This document shows, piece by piece, positions 22,880 to 35,981 of a DNA stretch of 64,000 nucleotides. A program made the translations under genes and the position numbers. The notes below the pieces were generated by a model that saw only the letters and a program-made list of their open reading frames with translations, ran no database searches and had not been told where the DNA came from. Each line of letters opens with the position of its first letter. Position 1 is the stretch's first letter. This DNA is from Saccharolobus solfataricus P2 (lineage in GTDB: Archaea; Thermoproteota; Thermoprotei_A; Sulfolobales; Sulfolobaceae), in NCBI RefSeq assembly GCF_000007005.1, contig NC_002754.1. One strand, 5' to 3'.

Positions 22880-23587
22880 ATGTTTAAGAATAACGACTTT
22901 ATTTATATAGAATATACTGCAAAAATCAAGGATACTGGAGAAATTGTTGATACAACTAATGAAGAGGAGGCAAAAAAGGCTAATATCTACGACGAGACTA
23001 GAAACTATGGTCCTAGGCTTGTGATTTTAGGTGAAAATAGATTAATTAAGGGATTAGAAGAGGCTTTATATAATTTTAATTTAAACGAAGAGAAAACAAT
23101 AGAAATCCCGCCGGAGAAGGCATATGGAGAGAGAGATAACAGCAAAATTAAGATTGTACCTCTGGGGGAACTAAGAAGGCAAGGTATAACAGCAGTTCCA
23201 AACAGAGTGTTAAGATTAAGCGATGGTAGTCTTGCAGTAATAAGGAGCGTAAGTGGAGGTAGGGTGGTCTTAGATCTAAATCACCCGCTGGCCGGAAGAA
23301 CTTTAGTTTACAATGTTAAGGTCGTTAAGGTTCTTAATAACGCTAAGGATAAGATTATGGCTTTGATAGAGCGTAGGTTTTCCTCAAAATACGCAAATGG
23401 TTTTAACGTTGAGTTAGATGATGGAAAGAAGAGTGTTAGAATTACTATACCAAAGGATCTTTACTTAGTAGAGGACTTACAGATTAATGTTTACTCTTTA
23501 GCTTATGAGATAGTAAACTATGTTCTTGCAGATTATACTGTTGAGGTTTTACAGCAATATAATAAAAGTACTTTCTCTTCCTCTTAA
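22880..23587 (+). CDS. slyD: FKBP-type peptidyl-prolyl isomerase (SlyD-like)
   Basis: [10 protein letters not shown] and [11 protein letters not shown] motifs. Confidence 0.92.
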   Translation: MFKNNDFIYIEYTAKIKDTGEIVDTTNEEEAKKANIYDETRNYGPRLVILGENRLIKGLEEALYNFNLNEEKTIEIPPEKAYGERDNSKIKIVPLGELRRQGITAVPNRVLRLSDGSLAVIRSVSGGRVVLDLNHPLAGRTLVYNVKVVKVLNNAKDKIMALIERRFSSKYANGFNVELDDGKKSVRITIPKDLYLVEDLQINVYSLAYEIVNYVLADYTVEVLQQYNKSTFSSS

Positions 23588-24639
23588 TCTATAATTTTTG
23601 TTACTCTTGCTATTTTTTCTGCAGAACTCCAAGTTAGACCCCTATCCCCTAAAATTGTGTACCTCTCTGGTCTTATTGTATGGGCTATTGTTAAGGCCTT
23701 TATCACTTCCTCATCAGAAAGACCTAAGTCTTTCGCTTTCACTGGGAATCCTATTTTTTTAAGTCTATTTCTTATTATTTTCCAATTTATACCATGCAAG
23801 TAAGCCATAATAATTGTTCCTAAACCAACTAGTTCACCATGCAAAATTCCCTCTGGATGTATTAACTCAACTGCATGGGCAAATAGATGTTCAGAACCAC
23901 TTGCTGGTCTGGTGCTTCCAGCCATTCCCATGGCTACTCCGCTACTTATTAACGCTTCCATTAACATTCTTACCCCGTATTTTATGTCCTTATTAATAAT
24001 CTTAGTGCATTGAAACGCGTGTTTAGCAGACATTAATGCTAAAGACGCTGTGTAATCACCATAATATTCTCCTCTTAACTTAGCCGCTAACTTCCAATCT
24101 CTCACTGCTATTATCTTCCCTATTGTATCACCTATTCCTGCATTGATTAATCTTCTTGGGGAGAGGCTTAGAATTTCTATGTCCGCAATAATTGCTAATG
24201 GTTCTTTTGCCTTTACTGAAACTGGCTTCTGTAACCCCTTTATGGAAGCAAATGGCGATGTAATTCCATCATGTGATGGAGAAGTAGGTATACTAACGAA
24301 TTCTAAGCTATTTCTAAATGCAGCATATTTCGTGACATCTATAACTTTACCCCCACCTATACCTAGCAGTAAACTAGGACTAATCCTCTTGATAACTTCC
24401 TCTACCATATATACATCGTCTAAAGTAGCACTATCTATTTCGACTACCTCATATTTAGCATCTTTTGGGAGATTTTCTATGACTTTATCCGCTATTTTTT
24501 TAGTATATTTTGTTCCAGTCACTATTAGAAATGGAGGAGTTACACCTAGTTGTGAGAAGTAGATAGAAATGTCATATACTATATCATGTCCTACGAAAAC
24601 CCTTCTCGGTAGACTAATCACGTGTTCTTTTACATTCAC
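23584..24639 (-). CDS. egsA: sn-glycerol-1-phosphate dehydrogenase
   Basis: [24 protein letters not shown]-like [16 protein letters not shown]. Confidence 0.95.
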   Translation of the reverse strand: MNVKEHVISLPRRVFVGHDIVYDISIYFSQLGVTPPFLIVTGTKYTKKIADKVIENLPKDAKYEVVEIDSATLDDVYMVEEVIKRISPSLLLGIGGGKVIDVTKYAAFRNSLEFVSIPTSPSHDGITSPFASIKGLQKPVSVKAKEPLAIIADIEILSLSPRRLINAGIGDTIGKIIAVRDWKLAAKLRGEYYGDYTASLALMSAKHAFQCTKIINKDIKYGVRMLMEALISSGVAMGMAGSTRPASGSEHLFAHAVELIHPEGILHGELVGLGTIIMAYLHGINWKIIRNRLKKIGFPVKAKDLGLSDEEVIKALTIAHTIRPERYTILGDRGLTWSSAEKIARVTKIID

Positions 24640-24709
24640 ATATAAAAGGAGAAGATTTAAATATTAAAAATTAGCATAGATAAGTTCAGTTGTAGCTATT
24701 TCTTAAAAG

Positions 24710-26629
24710 TTGGTGAATAGGTTGGCATCTCTGGATAGGTTTAACAGAATATCGTTAATATATTCTGAACTAAAGGAATTAGGGATAACCAGAATTGAAT
24801 ATGAAGGACCGACAATAGCTGTGTATGTAAAGAAACCAGCACTGATAACAGAAAAGGGAGAAGTAATAAAGAAAATTGCAAAGGATATTAAAAAGAGAAT
24901 AGTAATAAAAGCCGACCCTTCAGTAAGGAAAGATAAGAAGGAAGCCGTTGAAATAATAAAGAACCTTGTACCCGCCGAAGCTGAAATTGTAGATATAAAA
25001 TTTGATGATGACTTAGGTGAGGTATTAATAAAGGCAAAGAAACCAGGATTAGTAATAGGAAAAGGTGGCTCATTACAGCAAAGAATATTTGCTGAAACCT
25101 TTTGGAAGGCGGAAATAGTTAGAGAACCACCAATAAAATCTAGAACATATGATAGTATCTTAGAGCATATTTACAATGAGACTGAATATAGAGCTAAAAT
25201 ACTAAAGGTTTTTGGAGAAAGGATACACAGAGAGACGATATTTCAAGATAAGTACGTAAGAATTACGGCATTAGGAGGCTTTCTAGAAGTTGGTCGGTCT
25301 GCAGTATTAGTAGAAACTCCAGAAAGCAAAGTATTGCTAGATGTGGGACTTAACCCTAGCGCGAATATGTTTGGAGAGAAATTATTCCCTAAGCTTGACA
25401 TTGACCAGTTGAAGATGGAGGAATTGGATGCTGTAGTTATCACACATGCACATTTAGATCATTGCGGAATGGTGCCTTTTCTATTTAAGTATGGATATGA
25501 AGGGCCAGTATACACTACTGTACCAACTAGGGATATAATGGCATTAATGCAATTAGACTCGCTTGACGTTGCAGAAAAAGAAGGCAAACCCATACCTTAC
25601 TCCGCAAAAGAGGTAAGAAAGGAGTTATTACACACAATAACGTTAGATTATGGAGAAGTTACTGATATTGCACCTGACATAAGATTAACATTCTACAACG
25701 CTGGCCACATATTGGGATCTGGGATGGCTCATTTACACATTGGAGATGGAAAACATAACATAGTCTATACTGGTGACTTCAAATATGCAAAAACTAAACT
25801 GCTTGATAAGGCAAACACGGAATTTCCAAGAGTTGACACGTTAATTATGGAAACTACTTATGGTGCACAAGATCAGCCAAATAGAGAGGAATCGGAATTA
25901 GAGTTGCTAGAGATTATAAATAAAACACTTAATAAAGGAGGAAAAGTCCTAATTCCAGTACTAGCTGTAGGAAGAGGACAAGAAATTATGCTCATAATAA
26001 ACGATTTTATGAAAAAGAAGCTAATTCCAGAGGTACCGGTTTACGTAACGGGATTAGTTGATGAAGTTACAGCTATACATAATGCGTATCCAGAGTGGTT
26101 AGGAAGAGAAGTGAGAGAAGAAATATTGTATAAAGATGAAAATCCGTTTACCTCAGAACACTTTAAGAGAATTGAAGGATATAAAGAGGATATAGCAAAA
26201 GGTGAGCCATCTATAATTTTAGCAACTTCTGGAATGTTAAACGGAGGACCCGCTGTGGAATTCTTCAAGACCATGGCACCAGATCCTAAAAATGCAATAA
26301 TATTTGTAAGTTATCAAGCAGAAGGTACATTAGGTAGAAAAGTGAGAGACGGCGCAAAAGAAGTACAAATTCTTGATAGGGACGGAAGAGTAGAGTCAAT
26401 ACAAATAAATATGGAAGTCGAGGCAGTTGAAGGGTTTTCTGGACACTCCGATAAAAGACAACTCCTTAACTTCCTTAGAAATATCGAACCTAAGCCCAAA
26501 AATGTAATATTAAATCACGGAGAAGCATCTTCAATAAGAGCTTTTGCAAACTATATAAGAGAAGATAGATTAGGGTATAAGCCCAATATATATACACCAG
26601 CTATATTGGATAGCCTAAGAGTAGCCTAA
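24710..26629 (+). CDS. aCPSF1 (FttA) KH/beta-CASP ribonuclease, transcription termination factor
   Basis: N-terminal KH domains, THAHLDH, AGHILG, FSGHSD. Confidence 0.95.
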   Translation: MVNRLASLDRFNRISLIYSELKELGITRIEYEGPTIAVYVKKPALITEKGEVIKKIAKDIKKRIVIKADPSVRKDKKEAVEIIKNLVPAEAEIVDIKFDDDLGEVLIKAKKPGLVIGKGGSLQQRIFAETFWKAEIVREPPIKSRTYDSILEHIYNETEYRAKILKVFGERIHRETIFQDKYVRITALGGFLEVGRSAVLVETPESKVLLDVGLNPSANMFGEKLFPKLDIDQLKMEELDAVVITHAHLDHCGMVPFLFKYGYEGPVYTTVPTRDIMALMQLDSLDVAEKEGKPIPYSAKEVRKELLHTITLDYGEVTDIAPDIRLTFYNAGHILGSGMAHLHIGDGKHNIVYTGDFKYAKTKLLDKANTEFPRVDTLIMETTYGAQDQPNREESELELLEIINKTLNKGGKVLIPVLAVGRGQEIMLIINDFMKKKLIPEVPVYVTGLVDEVTAIHNAYPEWLGREVREEILYKDENPFTSEHFKRIEGYKEDIAKGEPSIILATSGMLNGGPAVEFFKTMAPDPKNAIIFVSYQAEGTLGRKVRDGAKEVQILDRDGRVESIQINMEVEAVEGFSGHSDKRQLLNFLRNIEPKPKNVILNHGEASSIRAFANYIREDRLGYKPNIYTPAILDSLRVA

Positions 26630-26821
26630 ATGCTTTATTAACCTATTGAATGTTTTTCCACTAAAGACTATATTATTTTCCTTTCAATAATGATCAATAA
26701 TGATTAGATGCATAATTTCTTTTCTTCACACCTCTTAACTCTCTGTGAAAATTCAACAAGTCCGCAAAGCATAGCCCAAAGAAAACTTTTAAAGTGAAAT
26801 CGTTATTAATCAAATAACTAG

Positions 26822-27078
<257 letters not shown>

Positions 27079-27202
27079 ATTTCCACGTCCAGCATTATAG
27101 TTGCCAAAACGCGTTTATAAGCTATTGGCAATCGTTAATTTTTGTCGTTAAAAATCGTTGAATTGAAAGTAGACGGCAAAAATTCCTTAGTTTCGCAAAA
27201 AT

Positions 27203-27322
27203 TCAGATAGAATTAAGAAACACCTCGCTAACTAACGCCTCATGCCCGTCTTTGCGGATTAGATAATAAACACCAGGCCGATATTTCCCTCCGTCGTAGA
27301 TAAACCCGCCGTCGCTCGTCAT
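27203..27322 (-). CDS. Possible 39-aa mobile-element ORF or gene fragment (MTSDGGFIYDGGKYRPGVYYLIRKDGHEALVSEVFLNSI)
   Basis: Hand-translated ATG-TGA frame in a locally GC-richer patch; below track cutoff. Confidence 0.35.
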   Translation of the reverse strand: MTSDGGFIYDGGKYRPGVYYLIRKDGHEALVSEVFLNSI

Positions 27323-27430
27323 TTGAGCCCGCTATGTACCATATTGTACTTTAACATATTTAAATTTTGTGGTAATTTGTGGTACATTAAAGTTTTTATA
27401 TTGAAGTACAATAAAGTATATTGAGGTAAA

Positions 27431-27658
27431 ATGCCCAGGCCAGGTTATAAGTCGGTCTACTTCCCAGATGAGGAGCTATGGAAGAAAATAGTGGATGAGG
27501 CAGAAAAAAGGAAAGTAAGTGTATATGAGGTGTTAAAAGACGCTTTCAATTGCTATATAAGGGAAAAGGAAGGGAATAAGGTAAGTATGGAGGAAATAGT
27601 AAAAGAGCTCCAGGAATTGAAGAAGAGGGTTGAGGAACTGGAAAAGAAAGTTAAATAG
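27431..27658 (+). CDS. Ribbon-helix-helix (CopG-like) DNA-binding protein with C-terminal coiled coil
   Basis: YKSVYF strand followed by two helices and a heptad tail; typical of Sulfolobales plasmids and viruses. Confidence 0.75.
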   Translation: MPRPGYKSVYFPDEELWKKIVDEAEKRKVSVYEVLKDAFNCYIREKEGNKVSMEEIVKELQELKKRVEELEKKVK

Positions 27659-27665
27659 AATTTTT

Positions 27666-27693
27666 TATTGATAAACTGGGGAGTTAACTAATC
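27666..27693 (+). repeat. Conjugative-plasmid recombination motif / dif-like site
   Basis: TAAACTGGGGAGTTAA at 27672-27687, one mismatch from the recalled pNOB8-family motif TAAACTGGGGAGTTTA; 11-6-11 layout. Confidence 0.65.
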
Positions 27694-27784
27694 TTCTTAT
27701 TCAAATAATAATTCTATAGGGATACTAACTTAGTATAAATAAAAACAGAAAGATTTTCAAATCCCAAAAAATAAGAACTAAATT

Positions 27785-27856
27785 GGGGAGCGGGGAAATG
27801 ATGAGGGTTCCAGAGCTGAAGCGTGATGAATGGTTGACACGCTGACCCCGCTCCCC
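27785..27856 (+). ncRNA. 72-nt box C/D-like guide RNA with 11-bp terminal stem (copy A)
   Basis: GGGGAGCGGGG-AA-ATGATGA-GGGTTCCAGAG-CTGA-AGC-GTGATGA-ATGGTTGACACG-CTGA-CCCCGCTCCCC; TATA-like box 23 nt upstream. Confidence 0.88.
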
Positions 27857-27903
27857 TAATTTCCTTTGAGTTAGTGACAATAAAGTTTTCTCAATTCACT
27901 ATA

Positions 27904-28110
27904 TTATCTTCCTTTTCTATTTCTAGAAGAAGCCCTGCTTACTATGTCGTCCGGGACTTTCCTTATTTTACCCACAACATACCTGTATAGAGTACTCCTA
28001 CCTATACCTAACTTCTGTGCAACATAACTCAGCTTGTACTTTTCTACTACCTTTTTGAGTACCCGAATTTTTTGCTCATTATCGAGTCTATCTAAGTCAA
28101 TCTTTACCAT
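27904..28110 (-). pseudogene. Truncated pNOB8-type integrase (N-terminal HTH only)
   Basis: MVKIDLDRLDNEQKIRVL...LGIGRSTLYRY...KVPDDIV resembles the recalled pNOB8 Int N-terminus; directly downstream of tRNA-Glu; stops after 68 aa. Confidence 0.78.
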
Positions 28111-28223
28111 AATCTCATATACCAATATTAAATGGTGAGAGTGTTGCAAAAATATCCTTTGCTGTTGCAAATCTCTTATCTCTGTAGAGAACGTAATTTT
28201 CTTTCAAATTATCATAAAATTAG

Positions 28224-28313
28224 TGCCGCGGCCGGGATTTGAACCCGGGTCACGGGCTCGAGAGGCCCGCATTCTTTCGGTGCCTGCGCTTGACCGGGCT
28301 AAACCACCGCGGC
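28224..28313 (-). tRNA. tRNA-Glu(CUC) with ~15-nt non-canonical D-arm intron (28276-28290)
   Basis: GCCGCGG acceptor stem, loop CTCTCGA; BHB motif CGGU/ACCG with CAA and AAA bulges; removal restores a normal 75-nt tRNA. Confidence 0.93.
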
Positions 28314-28345
28314 GTTTTCGCTATAAAATAAGTAGAGGATGTAAT

Positions 28346-28834
28346 TTAAAGTTTAGTGTTTTTTAGTATCTCGTTAATAACATCGTCTTTGTTACCTTCA
28401 AAGAACTCTGCATATATTATTTCGTCGTAAAGAATTAGATATCCTTTTGCACTAGTCAGCAGAGAATATTTATATCCTCTACATCCCTCACAATAACCTC
28501 TAACCTCTTTAACTAGTAAATGTTCAATCACAGATAGTTTAATATTTCCTTTTTCAATTATTTCTATATCATTATCTTTTTTAACTGATAATCTCTTAGC
28601 TAAATAATAAAGTGCGACCTGAATTAGGTCGGTAGTATTTATACTTTCTTCCCTTAGTTTTTTAGATATCTTGTATTCTCTATCCGCTTTCTTTAATACT
28701 TCCTTTACTTTTCTCCTTATCTCCACAGAATCTGAAAGAAGTTGCATACATTCCCTTGCTAATTCACTTGCTGTTTTATAATCTCCAATCCACGTTAAGA
28801 TATAAGCCTTATGAAGATTCTCAATACAGTTCAT
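28346..28834 (-). CDS. Hypothetical protein
   Basis: 162-aa ORF, helical N-terminus, CEGC motif. Confidence 0.7.
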   Translation of the reverse strand: MNCIENLHKAYILTWIGDYKTASELARECMQLLSDSVEIRRKVKEVLKKADREYKISKKLREESINTTDLIQVALYYLAKRLSVKKDNDIEIIEKGNIKLSVIEHLLVKEVRGYCEGCRGYKYSLLTSAKGYLILYDEIIYAEFFEGNKDDVINEILKNTKL

Positions 28835-28845
28835 TTTTTCTCACT

Positions 28846-29460
28846 TTACGGTTTTATTAATATCATTAGATCATATAGTTGATTATTGTATTTTATAATG
28901 TAAGAAATTAGACCGTAATTGTCTGGATACCTCAGATTTTCTATTGTAACTAAACTTTTTGATATCGTATTAACGATTTGTGATCTCCTAAAGGTCATTG
29001 TTGCCTTAGCTTCTACAAATAGTAAACCACTCTTAGCATTTAAAAATTTTCTTAATGTATCGTATTTTTCTATATTTATAGCCAAATCCGATATTGTTCC
29101 TAGGAACTTTACATTTCTAAATGGTAATATATCATTAATACTTATGTTAAACAACTGATTTAGAAGAGCATATGTTATGGTTTCTCCTATAACAGTGACT
29201 ACGTCTCCGGATAATAGCTTACCCCATCTTCCCATTTCGTAAATTCTTATTGACTTTGGAATGTCTTGTAGTAGTTTTGATGAGAAAATAGAAGTTATTG
29301 TCAATATTTTATCATCCAATTCGATTTCTTCTGAGTGCCCTCCTATTTCGAAGGCCTCAAGAATTTCGTTACTTATCAATTTTAGATCTTCTGGGGAGTC
29401 TAAATCTGAATGTGGTAATAAATCTTGACTAAGCTCTATCCATGAAATTTTAAGTTTCAC
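28846..29460 (-). CDS. Hypothetical protein, possible PD-(D/E)xK nuclease fold
   Basis: GE.I...ISDLAI...LFVEAKA spacing. Confidence 0.6.
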   Translation of the reverse strand: MKLKISWIELSQDLLPHSDLDSPEDLKLISNEILEAFEIGGHSEEIELDDKILTITSIFSSKLLQDIPKSIRIYEMGRWGKLLSGDVVTVIGETITYALLNQLFNISINDILPFRNVKFLGTISDLAINIEKYDTLRKFLNAKSGLLFVEAKATMTFRRSQIVNTISKSLVTIENLRYPDNYGLISYIIKYNNQLYDLMILIKP

Positions 29461-29486
29461 AGTAACTTATAGAAAGGTTTAAAAAT

Positions 29487-30488
29487 TTAAGGCTTTACTA
29501 GTACCTTCCCAATCTTATGCTTATCCTTTAGTATTTCATATCCCTTATCTATCTCATCTAACCCTACTGTTGCTGCTATTACGGGATTTATTTTCCCTTC
29601 TCCAGTTAACTTGAGAGTTTCTTCTGCATCCCTCTTAGTTGCAGAGGCATGACCTATTATCGCTATATCTTTCAATATGACGTAGCCTAACCTTAGTTGA
29701 TATATTTGAGTTGGATCTACGTTACCTATTTGTACCAGTCTACCTCCCATCCACAAACTTTTCAGACTTTCATCTATGGTTGGTGTACCTACTGTATCGA
29801 TAACCACATTTACATCACCTATCTTCTTTGCCTCTTCTGAGAATTTACTACCTACTATTACATGATCAGCGAATTTCCTTATGAAAGCTGCTTTTTCCTC
29901 TGATGTAGTTACTCCTATCACTTTCGCGCCAAGTGCTTTAGCTACTTGTATGGCATGAATACCAACACCACCGCTAGCCCCCGTAACTAAAACTGTTTCC
30001 CCCTTTTGCAACTTTGCCCTTCTCAAACTTCTATAGACCATTCCAGTTACACAAGGTACTAAAACTGCTCCCTCGTCTGGAACGTTAGTGCCAACTTTTA
30101 CTATGCTTGTAACTTTTACTTTTGCTTTTTCAGCAAAGAAGCCGTCTAATTCCTCTGAATAACCTACCCTAGAGTGACAATATGCTTCCTCACCCATTTG
30201 ACAATAATGACAAGTTCCATCAGGTGCATAAAGAAGTGAAATAACCTTATCACCTTCTTTAAAGCCTTTGGCGTTTTCTCCAATTTGTTCTATCGTACCA
30301 ACTACTTCATGTCCTAAAATTACTGGATATTTCATTCTGGGATAGAAACCTTGCAGTTGCAATAGATCTCTATAGCAGAGTGCCGCTCTATTTACTCTAA
30401 TTACAACTTCATCTTTTCCTGGAATCGGATCCGAAACTTCTTCTATTCTATACCCTTTTTGCTTGCCCGGAACTACTACAGCTTTCAT
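29487..30488 (-). CDS. Acryloyl-CoA reductase (Zn-dependent MDR family, 3HP/4HB cycle)
   Basis: LCYRDLLQLQG, GHEVVG, GASGGVG; resembles recalled Sulfolobales acryloyl-CoA reductase. Confidence 0.85.
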   Translation of the reverse strand: MKAVVVPGKQKGYRIEEVSDPIPGKDEVVIRVNRAALCYRDLLQLQGFYPRMKYPVILGHEVVGTIEQIGENAKGFKEGDKVISLLYAPDGTCHYCQMGEEAYCHSRVGYSEELDGFFAEKAKVKVTSIVKVGTNVPDEGAVLVPCVTGMVYRSLRRAKLQKGETVLVTGASGGVGIHAIQVAKALGAKVIGVTTSEEKAAFIRKFADHVIVGSKFSEEAKKIGDVNVVIDTVGTPTIDESLKSLWMGGRLVQIGNVDPTQIYQLRLGYVILKDIAIIGHASATKRDAEETLKLTGEGKINPVIAATVGLDEIDKGYEILKDKHKIGKVLVKP

Positions 30489-30695
30489 CAGTTAGATTGT
30501 GTTTAGACTGTATAAAAAATATTATCTATCATAGTAGGTTCGATGTATTTTTAAAAATAATATACATATAGTGTTCCCATAAGAGATTATTTGCAAGCTT
30601 TTATTACCAAACTAATAGTATTATAACGATGAGGGAAAGCAATAAAGATCCAATCCTTAAAAAGTTACCTGAACCATTATTCTGCGTGAGGGAAG

Positions 30696-31892
30696 ATGAA
30701 ATTAGAAGAATTAAATTCAAAATATAATGCATTTATAACCCTCCATACTATCGAAGAAGGAAACGATAAAGGCAAATTAAAGGATGTTACATTCGGAATA
30801 AAGGATGTTATTTTAACTAAGGACGTAAGGACCACTGCTGGATCAAGAGTTTTAGAAAACTATGTTCCACAAAGAAACGCATACGTTGTGGATGCTATAC
30901 TTAGAGAAGGAGGAAAGATAATAGGAAAAACTAATACTCACGAATTTGCGCTAGGTGCTACTAATACATCAAGTATAGGAGGACCTGCAAGAAATCCTGT
31001 TGATCCAGAAAGAATAAGCGGTGGTTCTAGTGGCGGTTCCGCTGTTGCGGTAAAGTTAGATATGGTCGACGTGGGAATTGGTACTGATACCGGAGGATCT
31101 GTAAGGATCCCTTCGTCTTTATGTGGAGTAATTGGATTTAAACCAACTACTGGGTTGATACCTAATGATGGCGTAATACCCTTTAGCTGGTCATTAGATA
31201 CTGTGGGGATAATCGTAAAAGATAACATTAGATTATTACGAAGAGTTTTTGACGTTGTTCTGCCAAATGAAAAAAGAAAAGTTGAAATAGCTAAATTAAG
31301 AACAAGACCGCGTCTAGGTTTATTTCTATTCGATGATATGGAAGTTTCAAGAATATTGCTGAAAGATATATATGCTAAATTATCTTCACACTTTGATATA
31401 GTCGAGGTTGATCTTCCTTTACTAAGGCAATATGGCTCTAAAACTAGAAGAACTATATCATTAGCTGAAGCTGCTTCTTATCATAAGGATTGGATAAGTG
31501 AATATAGTGATAAATACTTCAAAGATACCTATACCTTACTCCTTGATGGTATGAAAATATCTGCTACCGACTATATAGATGCGCTTAGACATAGGAGAGT
31601 ATTAATAGAAGAGTATGTAAAAGTATTTAAGAATATTGATTTCATTTTATCTCCTACAACAAAAATTGTTGCACCTAGAATTTCTGACGTAATCTCTAAC
31701 CCTCTTCAATTTAGAGAATATCTAATAGCTAATACTGAACTATTTAATGTAGTTGGAGCACCATCAATAAGTGTACCATTCTCTACCCTTAATGACTTAC
31801 CGGCTGGTTTAATGATAAGCGGAGAATTGTATAAAGACGGGGATTTACTTGAAGTCGCTGAATATATTTTAAACATTGTAGGAAAACATTAA
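30696..31892 (+). CDS. Amidase signature family protein
   Basis: [12 protein letters not shown] and [11 protein letters not shown] catalytic motifs. Confidence 0.9.
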   Translation: MKLEELNSKYNAFITLHTIEEGNDKGKLKDVTFGIKDVILTKDVRTTAGSRVLENYVPQRNAYVVDAILREGGKIIGKTNTHEFALGATNTSSIGGPARNPVDPERISGGSSGGSAVAVKLDMVDVGIGTDTGGSVRIPSSLCGVIGFKPTTGLIPNDGVIPFSWSLDTVGIIVKDNIRLLRRVFDVVLPNEKRKVEIAKLRTRPRLGLFLFDDMEVSRILLKDIYAKLSSHFDIVEVDLPLLRQYGSKTRRTISLAEAASYHKDWISEYSDKYFKDTYTLLLDGMKISATDYIDALRHRRVLIEEYVKVFKNIDFILSPTTKIVAPRISDVISNPLQFREYLIANTELFNVVGAPSISVPFSTLNDLPAGLMISGELYKDGDLLEVAEYILNIVGKH

Positions 31893-31905
31893 CGATCTAC
31901 TGGGA

Positions 31906-32583
31906 ATGAACCCTAAATTAACTGTCACCTTTTTATTCTTGCTTTTAATGGTAATTATGGGGAATGAGTTGCAATTAGAAAATAAGATACTTAAGGGAAC
32001 TACAACTGTAGGAATTAGAGTAAATGATGGAGTAATCCTTGCGGCAGATAGAAGAGCTAGTGCAGGGTTTTTCGTAGCTAATAAAATGGTTAGAAAAGTA
32101 TTATATATTACAGATAAAATCGGAATAACTACCGCAGGTAGTGTAGCAGATTTACAGTTTATATACGATGTATTGAAAAATATATATCATTATAATAGTA
32201 TTACTAAATACGGGCCAATTTCTATAAAGGGAATTGCAACCAGGCTAGCAAATGTATTATCTGCAACAAAATATTTTCCCTATATCGTTCAAATCTTGAT
32301 AGGTGGTTACGATGATCAGCCAAGATTATTCAACTTGGATTATTTAGGCGATATAACTGAAGAAAATTACGTCGCAACTGGTTCTGGTTCTCCAGTAGCT
32401 ATGGGAGTGCTAGAAGATGAGTATAATCCCAAAATGACTTTAGATGAGGCAGCTGACCTAGCTAAGAGAGCTGTGTTCTCAGCAATAAAGCGGGATTCCT
32501 TTACGGGTACAGGTGTTATAGTAGCAAAAATTCACAGTAAAGGACACGAGGAATTAGAGTTCTACTTAAATAAGAAGATGTGA
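31906..32583 (+). CDS. psmB: Proteasome beta subunit
   Basis: KG|TTTVG processing site, ATGSG, RDSFTG; true start probably the downstream MGNEL. Confidence 0.95.
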   Translation: MNPKLTVTFLFLLLMVIMGNELQLENKILKGTTTVGIRVNDGVILAADRRASAGFFVANKMVRKVLYITDKIGITTAGSVADLQFIYDVLKNIYHYNSITKYGPISIKGIATRLANVLSATKYFPYIVQILIGGYDDQPRLFNLDYLGDITEENYVATGSGSPVAMGVLEDEYNPKMTLDEAADLAKRAVFSAIKRDSFTGTGVIVAKIHSKGHEELEFYLNKKM

Positions 32584-32596
32584 AGCGTTTTTAATT

Positions 32597-33070
32597 TTGA
32601 ATAGTGAAAGTATATATTCGATGAGAGTAGTATCTTCAGCCTTTAAGAATGAGGATTTTATACCTATTAAATATACTTGTGATGGACAAGATCTGTCTCC
32701 GGAGTTAGAGTGGGATCTTGTTACTAACGCTAAAAGTTATGCGATAATCGTAGAAGATCCAGATGCGCCTGGAGGAACTTTCATACATTGGGTAATATAC
32801 AACATAACTACCAATAGATTGCCAGAAGGAGTGCCAAGACTGTACAAATCACAATATGGTGTACAAGGTGTAAACGATTTTGGGAATATAGGGTATAACG
32901 GTCCGTGTCCTCCTAAGACACATCCACCTCATAGATATTATTTTTATGTTTATGCAATTGATACAATACTACTTGAAATTAAAAATATTAATGCTGATAA
33001 GTTAAAATCACTAATGGAGGGACATGGGATAGAGAGAGGATTCGTAATGGGTAAATATAAGAGAAAATAA
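32597..33070 (+). CDS. YbhB/YbcL (PEBP/RKIP-like) protein
   Basis: DPDAP..FIHW, GPCPP, HRYYF. Confidence 0.92.
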   Translation: MNSESIYSMRVVSSAFKNEDFIPIKYTCDGQDLSPELEWDLVTNAKSYAIIVEDPDAPGGTFIHWVIYNITTNRLPEGVPRLYKSQYGVQGVNDFGNIGYNGPCPPKTHPPHRYYFYVYAIDTILLEIKNINADKLKSLMEGHGIERGFVMGKYKRK

Positions 33071-33091
33071 TTTCACTTATGTGGTGAGATA

Positions 33092-35727
<2,636 letters not shown>

Positions 35728-35744
<17 letters not shown>

Positions 35745-35964
35745 TTTTATCCAGCTCTTCTAATAGGTTAATCAAGATTACTACTTTAGGGTTAGAGTAA
35801 TTTAATCTTACTATTTTTTTATCACTACCTATTACTTCAATTAAATCCATCTTCTGTAAATCTTCCAGTTCTCTTCTTAGTTTATCATAGTGGATTTTAG
35901 ATAATCTATATAATTTAGTGATGTTCATATCACCGTTTTTTATCAATATATACAATATTTTCAT
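35728..35964 (-). CDS. Small winged-helix protein
   Basis: 78 aa with wHTH-like pattern; co-oriented between cdc6-2 and moaC. Confidence 0.65.
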
Positions 35965-35981
35965 TTTAGATGGATTATAGA

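Noticed and set aside
30626-30674. Possible C/D sRNA (CGATGA...CTGA) upstream of the amidase
   Set aside because: Weak box C, no convincing D' or C' boxes, and an A-rich interior.
31906-31956. Apparent signal or TM peptide on proteasome beta
   Set aside because: T-rich promoter-like sequence. A downstream ATG gives a normal short propeptide, so this is probably an over-called start.
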